From: an uncultured Oscillospiraceae bacterium
Lineage (GTDB): Bacteria > Bacillota > Clostridia > Oscillospirales > Ruminococcaceae
Direction: 5' to 3'
NCBI GenBank assembly: GCA_964370825.1
Contig: CAYJKY010000012.1
Coordinates: 1,594-65,593 of the forward strand
Length of the DNA: 64,000 nucleotides
Translations under genes and position numbers: made by a program
Notes under the pieces: generated by a model
Databases searched by the model: none
Seen by the model: only the letters and a program-made list of their open reading frames with translations
Told to the model about the DNA's origin: nothing
Part shown: in pieces, positions 8,981-18,413 of the stretch
Numbering within the stretch: position 1 is the first letter of the stretch
Layout of the letters: each line of letters starts with the position of its first letter

Positions 8981-9892
8981 ATGTTGGATAACAATAAGCT
9001 TATCAGGTCGTTCAGCGACAAGATTTTCGACACTGTAGTTATAGTATTAGTTACTTTTTTTGTTATTGTGGTTTTATATCCACTATTATTAGTAGTCAGT
9101 AGCTCATTCAGTGACGGAAATTCCATAGTTATGGGAGAGGTTACATTTTTCCCCGTTAACTTTAACCTTCAAGGTTTTGGAGAAATATTCGAATATGATT
9201 CGGTATTTATCGGCTACGGAAACTCACTTATTTACGTTTTTGCCGGAACTCTTTTAAGTCTTTTAGTCTCTATTTTTATGGCTTACCCTCTTTCAAGAAT
9301 GGATCTTGTGGGCCGTAAACCGCTGTCATTGGTATTGATTTTCACCATGTTGTTTAATGCAGGACTTATTCCTAACTACCTTCTTATGCAGGACTTAGGA
9401 TTAATTAATTCAAGACTTGTCTTAATTCTTCCTGCGGCTGTCAATGCATACAATATTATAGTTATGATAACCTATTTCAGAGGAAATGTTCCTAAAGAGA
9501 TAATTGAATCCTCTAAAATAGATGGATGTGGTGACTTCAGATTTGTGTGGCGAATACTTATGCATATATCGCAGCCTATTATTGCGGTGCTGGCACTATA
9601 TTTTGCGATGTATCACTGGAACGCTTACTTTGAGGCTATGATATACATCAATGACCCGGATAAATACCCATTACAGCTTGTGTTACGAGAAATTCTGTTA
9701 CAGAATAGAATTTCTGCCGACCTAATGGCAACCATGAACCTCACCGCAGAGGAGATGGAGCTGCGAATGGGACTTTCAGAACAGCTGAAATATTGTCTGA
9801 TTATCGTCTCCAGTGTTCCGTTGATGCTTCTTTACCCCTTCATCCAGAGATACTTCATAAAGGGTGTTATGATTGGTTCTATCAAAGGTTAA
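8981..9892 (+). CDS. Carbohydrate ABC transporter permease (LplC-like).
   Basis: TM topology, an EAA-like motif (ESSKIDGCGDFRFVWRILMHISQP), and it lies 13 nt downstream of the first permease. Confidence 0.8.
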   Translation: MLDNNKLIRSFSDKIFDTVVIVLVTFFVIVVLYPLLLVVSSSFSDGNSIVMGEVTFFPVNFNLQGFGEIFEYDSVFIGYGNSLIYVFAGTLLSLLVSIFMAYPLSRMDLVGRKPLSLVLIFTMLFNAGLIPNYLLMQDLGLINSRLVLILPAAVNAYNIIVMITYFRGNVPKEIIESSKIDGCGDFRFVWRILMHISQPIIAVLALYFAMYHWNAYFEAMIYINDPDKYPLQLVLREILLQNRISADLMATMNLTAEEMELRMGLSEQLKYCLIIVSSVPLMLLYPFIQRYFIKGVMIGSIKG

Positions 9893-10036
9893 ATATATTC
9901 AACTATTTCACTAGATTTGTTATATACATTTCTTGACTAACCTTGATTATCATTTTGCGCATTGTGTAAAAACGTAATATTTATCGAACATGTAGGTTCG
10001 GGTAAATATATAAGAAGAATTTTTTAGGAGGAAACT

Positions 10037-11752
10037 ATGTTAAAAAGATTATTAGCAATTATCCTTGCGGCTATGCTCCTGCTGACTGCTTGTTCAAGCG
10101 GTAGTGATGCCGAAACCGGTGGGGAAACCGGTGGTGACACCACAACTTCCACTCCTGCCGACGATGCTACCGAAAGCAGTATTGTTACACCTGCCGGAGA
10201 GTATCCGATTGTTACAGAGCCGGTAGAGCTCAGCTTGTTTGTTCACACTCGTTTGGGTGTTGACAGCTTTGCTGTGGAAGACAACCTCTTCACACAGTAC
10301 CTAACCGAAAACACAGGCGTTGATTTCACCTTCGTGACTGCGCCGGAGTCCGACGCACAGGCAAACCTTAACGTTCTGCTTGCAGGCGGCGACTATCCCG
10401 ACGTTATTAACTCTATGTCACTTCAGGGTGCACAGGTACTTCTTTATGGTGAAAGAGGACTATTCCTTAGATTAAACGATTACATCGACGAGTATGCAGT
10501 TAATCTTAAGGCAGCTTTCGAGGAGTATCCTGAATACGAGTCAACTATTGCTGCTCCGGATGGATCTATCTACACAATGCCGGACGTTAACGACTGCTAC
10601 CATTGTTCGTTTGACGTTAAGATGTGGGTTAATCAGGTTTGGCTTGATAACCTAGGACTTGATGTTCCTACAACAACCGACGAATTTGCCGACATGCTAA
10701 GGGCTTTCAAAAATGATGACCCCAACGGTAACGGCCAGCAAGATGAAATTCCGCTCATGGGCTCCAACCTAAACGGATGGAACTCCTTCCCGGAAAACTT
10801 CTTAATGAACTCCTTCGTATACTTCTCCAACAGATACGGTTCCGGTAAATACGGCTCCGGTATATATTCTGAAGATGGAACCTTGACAGCAGCATACACC
10901 ACTGACGCTTGGAAAGATGGTCTAACGTATATGAACATGCTAGTTTCGGAAGGCCTTCTTGCACCCGAAACCTACACACAGGATAACAATGTTCTGCTCC
11001 AGACTGCAGAAAACTCTGATGCCTTAATAGGAGCAATCCCCTCCGGTTACATGGGAATGTTTTCACAGACATCAACCTCCGACAGATGGAGAGACTATGT
11101 TGCTATAGCTCCGCTCGAAGGTCCTGACGGCGTTAGATATTCCGAGTGGAATCCTTACTCAGCAGCTACTTTCCGCTGGGTAGTTACCGACAAATGTGAA
11201 TATCCGGAAGTTGCTGTACGTGTTGCCGACTTTATGTATGAGTATGAAGCAACACAGTCAATGGTATTCGGTCCTGTAGGAGTAGGCTGGGAAGATCTTA
11301 ACGGTGAAAACCCAGACATCCTCGGAATCAACGGCGAACCTGCAATTTATCAAGCATTAATGCCTGTTGATGAGCAGACACCAAACTCTAGCTGGAACCA
11401 GCTTGGTACTAGCATGAGAACAAGAGAATTCCGTTCCGGTGCAGCCGCAATGGGTGCTGCTGAGTTTGAGAAACCTCTTGAAGATTACACCAGAGAAAAC
11501 TATGAGCCATACGCTCCCGATATCGATATGCTACTACCTCCGTTAGTATTCACCGAGGAACAGTCGGAAACATTACTTCCGATAGAGTCCACAGTAAGAA
11601 CTTATGTTGAGGAGAAAACCGCAGCATTTATCACAGGCGGTCAGTCCATCGATGATAACTGGGACAGCTACCTTGCAGAGCTTGAGGCAATGGGTCTGCA
11701 AACTCTTCTTGAGACCTACCAGGAAGCTTATAACACTGCAACAGCAGGTTAA
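10037..11752 (+). CDS. Extracellular solute-binding lipoprotein (LplA-like, family-1 carbohydrate SBP).
   Basis: Lipobox LLTACSS followed by a Gly/Thr-rich linker. The 571-aa size and its position after the two permeases fit. Confidence 0.8.
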   Translation: MLKRLLAIILAAMLLLTACSSGSDAETGGETGGDTTTSTPADDATESSIVTPAGEYPIVTEPVELSLFVHTRLGVDSFAVEDNLFTQYLTENTGVDFTFVTAPESDAQANLNVLLAGGDYPDVINSMSLQGAQVLLYGERGLFLRLNDYIDEYAVNLKAAFEEYPEYESTIAAPDGSIYTMPDVNDCYHCSFDVKMWVNQVWLDNLGLDVPTTTDEFADMLRAFKNDDPNGNGQQDEIPLMGSNLNGWNSFPENFLMNSFVYFSNRYGSGKYGSGIYSEDGTLTAAYTTDAWKDGLTYMNMLVSEGLLAPETYTQDNNVLLQTAENSDALIGAIPSGYMGMFSQTSTSDRWRDYVAIAPLEGPDGVRYSEWNPYSAATFRWVVTDKCEYPEVAVRVADFMYEYEATQSMVFGPVGVGWEDLNGENPDILGINGEPAIYQALMPVDEQTPNSSWNQLGTSMRTREFRSGAAAMGAAEFEKPLEDYTRENYEPYAPDIDMLLPPLVFTEEQSETLLPIESTVRTYVEEKTAAFITGGQSIDDNWDSYLAELEAMGLQTLLETYQEAYNTATAG

Positions 11753-11778
11753 TAGTTAAACAATCTAATAACACTAAC

Positions 11779-11810
11779 AAAATCCCCCGTATTTTTTGCG
11801 GGGGATTTTA
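11779..11810 (+). terminator. Intra-operon hairpin (11-bp stem aaaatcccccg / cgggggatttt), a partial terminator/attenuator between the SBP gene and the hydrolase gene.
   Basis: Perfect inverted repeat with a T-rich loop and 3' side. Confidence 0.6.
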
Positions 11811-11837
11811 ACAGAAAAAATAAGGATGGAAGGTAAA

Positions 11838-13829
11838 ATGGAACGTTTAAGATTCAGGCAGATACATCTCGATTTTCACACCTCTGAGTTGATACCGACA
11901 ATCGGAAGAGATTTCGATAAAAAGCACTTTCAGGACATGCTGAAACTGGGACATGTAAACTCCATAAATATCTTTGCAAAATGTCACCACGGTTGGGCAT
12001 ACCACAACGCTGATGTTAACGAGAAACATCCTAACCTGGATTTCGAGCTGGTCAACGAAATGGTAAAGGCTTGTCATGAAATTGACGTAAAGTGCCCTAT
12101 ATATGTTTCGGCAGGGCTTGACGAAAAGTATGCAAAAAGAAACCCGGAACATATGAGAAAAAGAGAGGGTTTCACCGACGAGCGACAGAAGGATTTTGGC
12201 AGAGCCGGTTACCACGAACCCTGTATGCGTACGCCATACCTTGACCATTTTATAGATCAGGTTCATGAGGTGTGCAAAAATGTTAACTGTGTCGACGGAC
12301 TATGGTTCGATATAGTTGGTGAGCGCGTCTGCTATTGTGACAGCTGCAAGGCGTTGGCAAAGGACAAAGGGCTCAATCCCGAAAATCAATTTGATATGAT
12401 TGAGTTCGGCAAAGAGACCTATAAAAATTATGTTACAAGGGTCAATGAGGTGGTACGAAGCTACTATCCTACGGCATTAGTTTTCCATAACAACGGACAC
12501 ATACCAAGAGGCAGGAAGGATTTAGAGGGCTATGTTACCCAGCTTGAGATAGAATCGTTACCTACCGGCGGGTGGGGCTACGACCATTTTCCGCTATCAG
12601 CAAGATATGTTCAGAACAGCGACAAGGAATATATCAGCATGACCGGCAAATTCCACACAACGTGGGGAGAATTCGGCGGATTTAAACATCCAAATGCTCT
12701 GCGTTATGAGATGGCACTCGCACTTGCTTTCGGCGCAAAATGCTGTATCGGCGATCAGATGCATCCGTATGGAAGGTTAGATGAGTCCACCTATACATTA
12801 ATCGGAGAAGCCTATAAAGAGGTTGAGGCAAAAGAGGAATACTGTGACGATACCGTAAATATTGCCGATATCGCAATAATCAGCACCGAAGCCGCACAAA
12901 ATTTTGGTTACATACCAAAGGAAATATCAAAGGAAACCGTGCTTAATGCTGACATTGGTGCATTGAGGATACTGCAGGAAAACAGATATCTTTTCGATAT
13001 TATAGACCCCACTATGGATTTTTCAGCATACAAGCTTATCGTTCTCCCGGACCTGATTTTTGTTGATGGTGAACTTGAAGAAAAACTTAGCATTTATGCT
13101 GAAAATGGCGGTAAAATTCTTGCAACAGGTAGTTCAAACCTAAAAAATGACAGTAAAAACTTCGCCATAGATTTAGGCGCAAAATACCTTGGCGACAACG
13201 AATTTACCCCATCCTATTGCAGACCGAAGTTCGACCTCAAATCATTAAAATCCACCGCCTTTGTGATGTACTCACCATCGAAAAAAATAGTGGCGACCGA
13301 TTCTGCCGAGGTTATTGCCTACAATGAAGATTCCTTCTTCAACAGAGAGGGTACAAGTTTCTGCTCGCATCAGCATACACCTAACAACCCCGACAGTCTT
13401 TCTGACGGAATTACAGTAAACAAAAACGGTGCATATATCCCATGGCAGATGTTTACGGATTATGCGGTTAAGGGGGAACTCACCTATAAAGAAATAACCG
13501 CACATGTTTTGGAATTGCTTGTAGGCAATGATGTGACACTCTCCTCAAAGGCACCTGTGCCGACTATTGTATCGGCAAGAAGACAAGAAAAGGCAAACAG
13601 AGAGATTATTCACATTATCTACGGCACCCCATTAAAACGTGGTAATGTCGAGGTTATCGAGGATATCCCGACCATAACCGGAATAGAGTTATGCTACAAT
13701 ACTTCCATGGCAGTAGCCAAGGCGTATGATGCTGTTACCAAGGAGCCTATATCATATACAAAGGAAAATGAAACTATATTCTTTAAAATCGACAAGCTCG
13801 ATTGCCACAAGATGATCGTGATGGAATAA
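11838..13829 (+). CDS. Putative glycoside hydrolase (GHL6 / GH42-related, beta-galactosidase-trimerisation-domain type).
   Basis: The N-terminus MERLRFRQIHLDFHTSELIP...CHHGWAYH matches my recollection of that family. The ATG at 11838 has a ggaagg RBS. The TTG start the ORF track used (11796) lies inside the terminator hairpin. Confidence 0.5.
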   Translation: MERLRFRQIHLDFHTSELIPTIGRDFDKKHFQDMLKLGHVNSINIFAKCHHGWAYHNADVNEKHPNLDFELVNEMVKACHEIDVKCPIYVSAGLDEKYAKRNPEHMRKREGFTDERQKDFGRAGYHEPCMRTPYLDHFIDQVHEVCKNVNCVDGLWFDIVGERVCYCDSCKALAKDKGLNPENQFDMIEFGKETYKNYVTRVNEVVRSYYPTALVFHNNGHIPRGRKDLEGYVTQLEIESLPTGGWGYDHFPLSARYVQNSDKEYISMTGKFHTTWGEFGGFKHPNALRYEMALALAFGAKCCIGDQMHPYGRLDESTYTLIGEAYKEVEAKEEYCDDTVNIADIAIISTEAAQNFGYIPKEISKETVLNADIGALRILQENRYLFDIIDPTMDFSAYKLIVLPDLIFVDGELEEKLSIYAENGGKILATGSSNLKNDSKNFAIDLGAKYLGDNEFTPSYCRPKFDLKSLKSTAFVMYSPSKKIVATDSAEVIAYNEDSFFNREGTSFCSHQHTPNNPDSLSDGITVNKNGAYIPWQMFTDYAVKGELTYKEITAHVLELLVGNDVTLSSKAPVPTIVSARRQEKANREIIHIIYGTPLKRGNVEVIEDIPTITGIELCYNTSMAVAKAYDAVTKEPISYTKENETIFFKIDKLDCHKMIVME

Positions 13830-13884
13830 TTATATATGTTAGTTACTCATTAACGTAAGATGGGCGCATATTTTTTAAAACTTT

Positions 13885-13935
13885 TTGCCGTGCAGATAAA
13901 TCGATTAATAGCGATATATCTGCACGGCAAGTTTT
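13885..13935. terminator. Hairpin terminator (14-bp stem ttgccgtgcagata / tatctgcacggcaa, 18-nt loop) followed by gtttt, between convergent genes.
   Basis: Inverted repeat plus T-run. Confidence 0.7.
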
Positions 13936-13978
13936 ATAAGTTGACAATTAATGTGCGCCTAATGCGTCAAAACAGTAG

Positions 13979-14353
13979 CTAATTTTTTATCGTTTTTACT
14001 ATAAATGAAAAATACACTATATGTAATACCCAAACTATAGATAGTGCTATCTGTCCTACCGGAACAGCATTCATCATTATAAAGCCTATAACCATTAATA
14101 TCGTCACGGTAATCATAATTCTAATCTTGGTTATTACGGTCATGCCATCACCTTTGACATAACTCTCTAAATTGTTTTTATATAGCTTTGTTCCTCTGAA
14201 CCAACTGTCGAGCTTCTCACTGCTTTTGCCAAACCCGAAAGCCGCTATCATAAGAAAGGGTACGGACGGCAAAATTGGAATAAATGCACCGACTGTTCCT
14301 AATGCCAATCCAATAAATCCAATAATCAAATAAATAATTTTCTTTACACTCAT
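13979..14353 (-). CDS. DUF454 (YbaN-family) small inner-membrane protein.
   Basis: 124 aa with hydrophobic helices at both ends around GFGKSSEKLDSWFRGTKLY, which is the characteristic YbaN layout. Confidence 0.7.
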   Translation of the reverse strand: MSVKKIIYLIIGFIGLALGTVGAFIPILPSVPFLMIAAFGFGKSSEKLDSWFRGTKLYKNNLESYVKGDGMTVITKIRIMITVTILMVIGFIMMNAVPVGQIALSIVWVLHIVYFSFIVKTIKN

Positions 14354-16029
14354 TAACTCTTCCTAATTGTTTCCATGTTTAATACATTGTTTGCTATTTT
14401 TGTGGTGGATTTTCTATGAGATACCAGAACCACCGTTTTATCTTTATATTCTTTGAGGGATTTAAGTATAACAGCCTCGTTTAAGCTGTCGAGGTTACTT
14501 GTAGGCTCGTCGAGCAAAATTAAATTAGCATTATGCAAAAATGCTCTTGCTATGCCAATTCGTTGTTTTTCTCCGCCGGATATCGTGCCACCAAGTTCGC
14601 CGACCTCTGTGTCGTATCCATTTGGCAGGCTCTCAATAAAGTTGTGCAGTGAAGCACTTTTAGCTGCTTTTATAACCTCCTCGCGACCTGCATTGATGTT
14701 TGCAATTTTTATATTATTCTCGATGGTATCGTGAAAGATGTGCGTTTCCTGCGTCACAAAGCTTTCGTTCTCCCTCAGGCTTTTGGTATTGATGTTTTTA
14801 ATGTTTTCTCCCGATATTACAACCTCACCGCTTTTCACATCGTAAAACCTCATCAAAAGCTTAAGCATTGTTGATTTTCCGCAACCGCTTTTTCCGCCTA
14901 TAGCTAAAATCTTGTTTTTGCTAATATTTAACGAGAAGCTTTCTAAAATGGTCTCATTACCGTAGGAAAAATCAACATTGTTAAGCTGTGCACTTTCAAA
15001 TATTATATCCTTGCCTCCTGCAACCTCATCAACCATCGGCACATCGTCTAAAATATCAAGAACTCTATTTCCGCTTGCTATAGTTTGCGTCAAACCTGCC
15101 CCTAAGTTTGCTACCGAGCTAACCGCTCCAAAGGAGGAAAAGAGCATAACCGTAGGTATGATTACAGCGTCTATTTCAATAATGCCGTCTATGTACAAAT
15201 TTGCCGATACAAATAATATAATTACCGAAAAACAGAGGATTGATAAAATTGTTACAGCAATTGTTTTTCCCGCATATTTTTTAATCTCTCTGTTTGAACT
15301 TTCAATTTGTTTTGATAACTTTGTAATCTCTGCCTTACGCTCGTTTTTATAGCCAAACTGCAAAATTTCCTTCAAACCACGCAAACTGTCAAGAAAGTAT
15401 GTGTTAAGCTCACCAACTTTATCCCTGTGGCTCTCGCCGCTTTGCTTACTCTTTTTAGAAACAATGATAGGGATTACCACACCTACGGTTAAATGTGCTG
15501 TGAGTGCTATAGCTCCGAGTAGAATGTTAAAACTACCGATGAAACAAACCACAACAGACGAGGTTATAAATGCAATACAGATTGGTGAAACTGTATGTGC
15601 ATAAAACACCTCTAAAAGCTCTATGTCGGATGTTATTATCGATACAAGATTTCCTTTGTCTTTGCCATCAAGTTTTGCCGGTGCGAGTTTTCTAAGTGCT
15701 ATAAACACCTTATCTCTGATAAGTGCTAGTAGCTTAAACGCAATAAAGTGGTTGCAATACTGCTCAATGTAGTGCAAAATTCCGCGAGCGATGGCTATTA
15801 CTGCAACAATAACAATATAAACAGTAAGGTTAGTGCCATTGTTTTCTATGACATCCAAAGCCGCATAACTGCCAAAAACAGTGATAAAGCTTGCACAAAA
15901 ATATCCTAAACATCCCATGATTATTGCTACAAGCATAATAGGGGAGAGAGGCTTTACAAGACCGATAAGCCTTGACATAACTTTTAATGAAGATCGTTTA
16001 TTCATTATCGGCAACCCCCATTCTTTCAA
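14353..16029 (-). CDS. ABC exporter, fused permease-ATPase subunit (type-I exporter, CydC/CydD-like heterodimer half).
   Basis: Six TM helices, Walker A GGKSGCGKST, signature ISGGEKQRIGIARAF, Walker B LILLDEPTSNLD. Confidence 0.85.
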   Translation of the reverse strand: MKEWGLPIMNKRSSLKVMSRLIGLVKPLSPIMLVAIIMGCLGYFCASFITVFGSYAALDVIENNGTNLTVYIVIVAVIAIARGILHYIEQYCNHFIAFKLLALIRDKVFIALRKLAPAKLDGKDKGNLVSIITSDIELLEVFYAHTVSPICIAFITSSVVVCFIGSFNILLGAIALTAHLTVGVVIPIIVSKKSKQSGESHRDKVGELNTYFLDSLRGLKEILQFGYKNERKAEITKLSKQIESSNREIKKYAGKTIAVTILSILCFSVIILFVSANLYIDGIIEIDAVIIPTVMLFSSFGAVSSVANLGAGLTQTIASGNRVLDILDDVPMVDEVAGGKDIIFESAQLNNVDFSYGNETILESFSLNISKNKILAIGGKSGCGKSTMLKLLMRFYDVKSGEVVISGENIKNINTKSLRENESFVTQETHIFHDTIENNIKIANINAGREEVIKAAKSASLHNFIESLPNGYDTEVGELGGTISGGEKQRIGIARAFLHNANLILLDEPTSNLDSLNEAVILKSLKEYKDKTVVLVSHRKSTTKIANNVLNMETIRKS

Positions 16030-17726
16030 GGCTTTGTTGCGTGTTCCAAAGTTCGCTATAATAGCTTTTGTTGTGAACTAACTGCTCATGGGTTCCTTTT
16101 TCTGCTATTATACCTTCTTTTAACATGTAAATTATATCGGAGCTTACCACATTTAACAGCCTGTGAGAAATAAGTAGAACGGTTTTAGTTTGGGTCAACT
16201 CTTTAATAACACTCATTATCTCGTTTTCACTGTCGGCATCAATATTGCTTGTTGCCTCATCGAAGATATACATTTCACCGTCCTGTAAAAGTGCCCTCGC
16301 AAGTGCGAGCCTCTGACACTGCCCACCTGAAAAATTGCTGCCCTTTTCAAGTAGATTTGTATCAAGCCCATTTTCGCTATGTAAAAAATCCGCTAAATTC
16401 ACCTTGTTTAGCATCTGCCACATTTCGCTTTCTGTTGCGGTTTTCTTTGCCATAAGCAAATTTTCTCGTACGGTGCCTTTGAAAATATACGAGTTTGCGG
16501 AAACTAAGGTTAAATTTTCTGCTAAACTTTCCCTTGATATATCGGAAAGTTCAACTCCGCCGATAGATATACTTCCGACGTAATTTTCATTACCCTGCGT
16601 TAAAATACCGGCGATTGTGGATTTTCCACACCCACTTTTACCAACTATCGAAACAAAACTCTTTTTAGGGATATCCATACTTATTTCGTGCAAAATCTGT
16701 GTTTCGCCATAGGAAAAGTCAAGATTGCTTATCTTAATATCAACATCACCCACCGTCTTTGTTTTTTGCACATCGTCCTCTATGTCGAGTAGGGCAAATA
16801 TTTTCTTGCTTGCGGCAATTCCATTCATGGCTATATGAAAGAAACTACCCAGAATTCTAAGTGGTAGAAAAAAATCTGCTGAAAGCATCACAATGGTAAA
16901 CATCCCGACGGCGGAAATAGTGCCTGCATTAAACTCAAGTAGTGCAAAAATTATACCAAGTGCTGCGCCGCCATAGGCGATAACATCCATAATTATTATG
17001 GAGTTAAGCTGCATTGAAAGCACCTTCATTGTGATAATTCTAAAGCGCTCGGCCTGCCTGTTCATCTCCTTATGTTTGTGTTCATCAGAGCTGTAAATCT
17101 TAAGGGTATTCAGCCCCTGCAAGTTTTCTAAAAAATTGTCACCAAGTCCTAAATATTCACCCCAGTATTTTGCAAGCAGTTTTTTGGCAAACTTTTGTAC
17201 AAGTACAATCGAAATAGGAATTAATGGAACGCAGATAAATAATATAAATGCTACCTTAACATTTATAAACGAAACTACCGCAAATAGTATGAGCGGTGAG
17301 ATCATGGAGTAAAAAAATTGTGGCAAAAAATTACCAAAGTAAATTTCAAGCTGTTCTACACCCTCAACCGACATCTGTAGGAGTTCTGCAGAAGAGAGTT
17401 TTTTTGTATATTTACTGCCAATTTTTATTACCTTGTCGTAAATTTTCCCCCTCAAAATATTCTTTACTGATTTTGAAGCAAGGTAACTTTGTGGTGCTTG
17501 CAAGGTAAACCGTGCATACTTTAACCGCTATACATGCTACAAGCACCACAACATACAACCAAAAATCGACCGTCTCTGTTGTTTTATTTATTAAGCCTCC
17601 TATAAATGTACTTATAGTTACCATTAAAACAATATTTGAAATAAGCCCTATTATCTGTAGAAATACATTTTTTGCTATATGGGATGTTGCATCGGGAACA
17701 AGTTTATTTAGTTTTGGATTTATCAA
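15998..17726 (-). CDS. Second ABC exporter permease-ATPase subunit, interrupted by an apparent +1 frameshift. The TM1-TM2 part (17412-17726) and the rest (15998-17503) overlap in different frames.
   Basis: Walker A GKSGCGKST, signature FSGGQCQRLALARAL, Walker B IFDEATSNID. The 104-aa upstream ORF encodes typical exporter TM1-2. Dropping 22 nt at the overlap gives a continuous, family-typical sequence ...VYLASKSVKNILRGKIYDKVIKIG... Confidence 0.6.
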
Positions 17727-17943
17727 TTTTCACCACTATTTCCACATTACTTACTATATATTAACGTTTCGTCACGCTCTCTTCGGTTATGATAAGATAG
17801 GTAATTCTTTTTCGTAACGATATGGTTGTTTCTTAACCTTTTATATATTCGCCATCTCCTCATCTCAGCGCGTTGCATATTCCATGTATTAAACAATATT
17901 TTAACAAAAAGAGGCGGATTTGTCAATTTACTGAATTTTTTCA

Positions 17944-17972
17944 TTGACAAATTTGCATTGATATAGTATAAT
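17944..17972 (+). promoter_or_regulatory. Consensus sigma-A promoter for tRNA-Gly: TTGACA, 17-nt spacer, TATAAT.
   Basis: Perfect hexamers at 17944-17949 and 17967-17972, 15 nt before the tRNA 5' end. A 10-bp inverted repeat ATTTGTCAAT / ATTGACAAAT overlaps the -35. Confidence 0.75.
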
Positions 17973-17987
17973 AAATGCATTGCATAA

Positions 17988-18061
17988 GCGGATGTAGTTT
18001 AGTGGTAGAACTCCAGCCTTCCAAGCTGGTCGTGTGGGTTCGATTCCCATCATCCGCTCCA
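17988..18061 (+). tRNA. tRNA-Gly (anticodon UCC) with an encoded CCA.
   Basis: Acceptor stem gcggatg / catccgc, anticodon loop cuUCCaa, T-arm gggttcgattccc. Confidence 0.9.
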
Positions 18062-18067
18062 AAAAAC

Positions 18068-18107
18068 TAAGCAAATAGTCCTGTGGACTGTTTGCTTAGC
18101 ATTTTTT
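18068..18107 (+). terminator. Rho-independent terminator after tRNA-Gly: 15-bp stem ctaagcaaatagtcc / ggactgtttgcttag, then attttttg.
   Basis: Near-perfect inverted repeat (one G-U pair) plus a T6 run. Confidence 0.85.
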
Positions 18108-18319
18108 GTCGGATAGGGGGAATCGAACCGGCGTGGAGCGATCTGCGAAGCGAAGCGAGCAACGGAGCGACGAGGGGAGCAATAAGCGACCCGACAAAAT
18201 TTTTAGCCTTGCGATACCTACGCAATACCTATCACGTAAAGTGGGGCACTAATATTGTTCCAATAACAACACTCCCACCACGTCGCTGTGAGCTTCGTTA
18301 TGGTCACACTCGACGGTTG

Positions 18320-18360
18320 GGGATAAAAATAAGGTGGCACCTGACAATTCGGTACCACCT
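18320..18360 (-). terminator. Terminator of the sulfatase gene: 10-bp stem (one mismatch) with a T-rich minus-strand tail.
   Basis: aggtggcacc / ggtaccacct inverted repeat, then tatttttat on the minus strand. Confidence 0.6.
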
Positions 18361-18413
18361 GTTAAAATAATTAGTTTTATTCCACACAAAATTTAGGGTA
18401 CAATCGCTTCATC

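Noticed and set aside
11796-11837. TTG-initiated 5' extension of the hydrolase ORF (MRGILTEKIRMEGK...)
   Set aside because: The extension lies within the terminator hairpin and has no RBS. The ATG at 11838 with a ggaagg RBS is the plausible start.
13871-13978. Small RNA or regulatory element between the hydrolase gene and the DUF454 gene
   Set aside because: The region is fully accounted for by a single 14-bp-stem hairpin serving as a bidirectional terminator for the convergent genes.
18108-18140. A complete minus-strand tRNA or tmRNA suggested by GGTTCGATTCC
   Set aside because: The flanking bases do not form a T-stem (3 of 5 pairs). No matching acceptor stem or anticodon arm could be built from the surrounding sequence.
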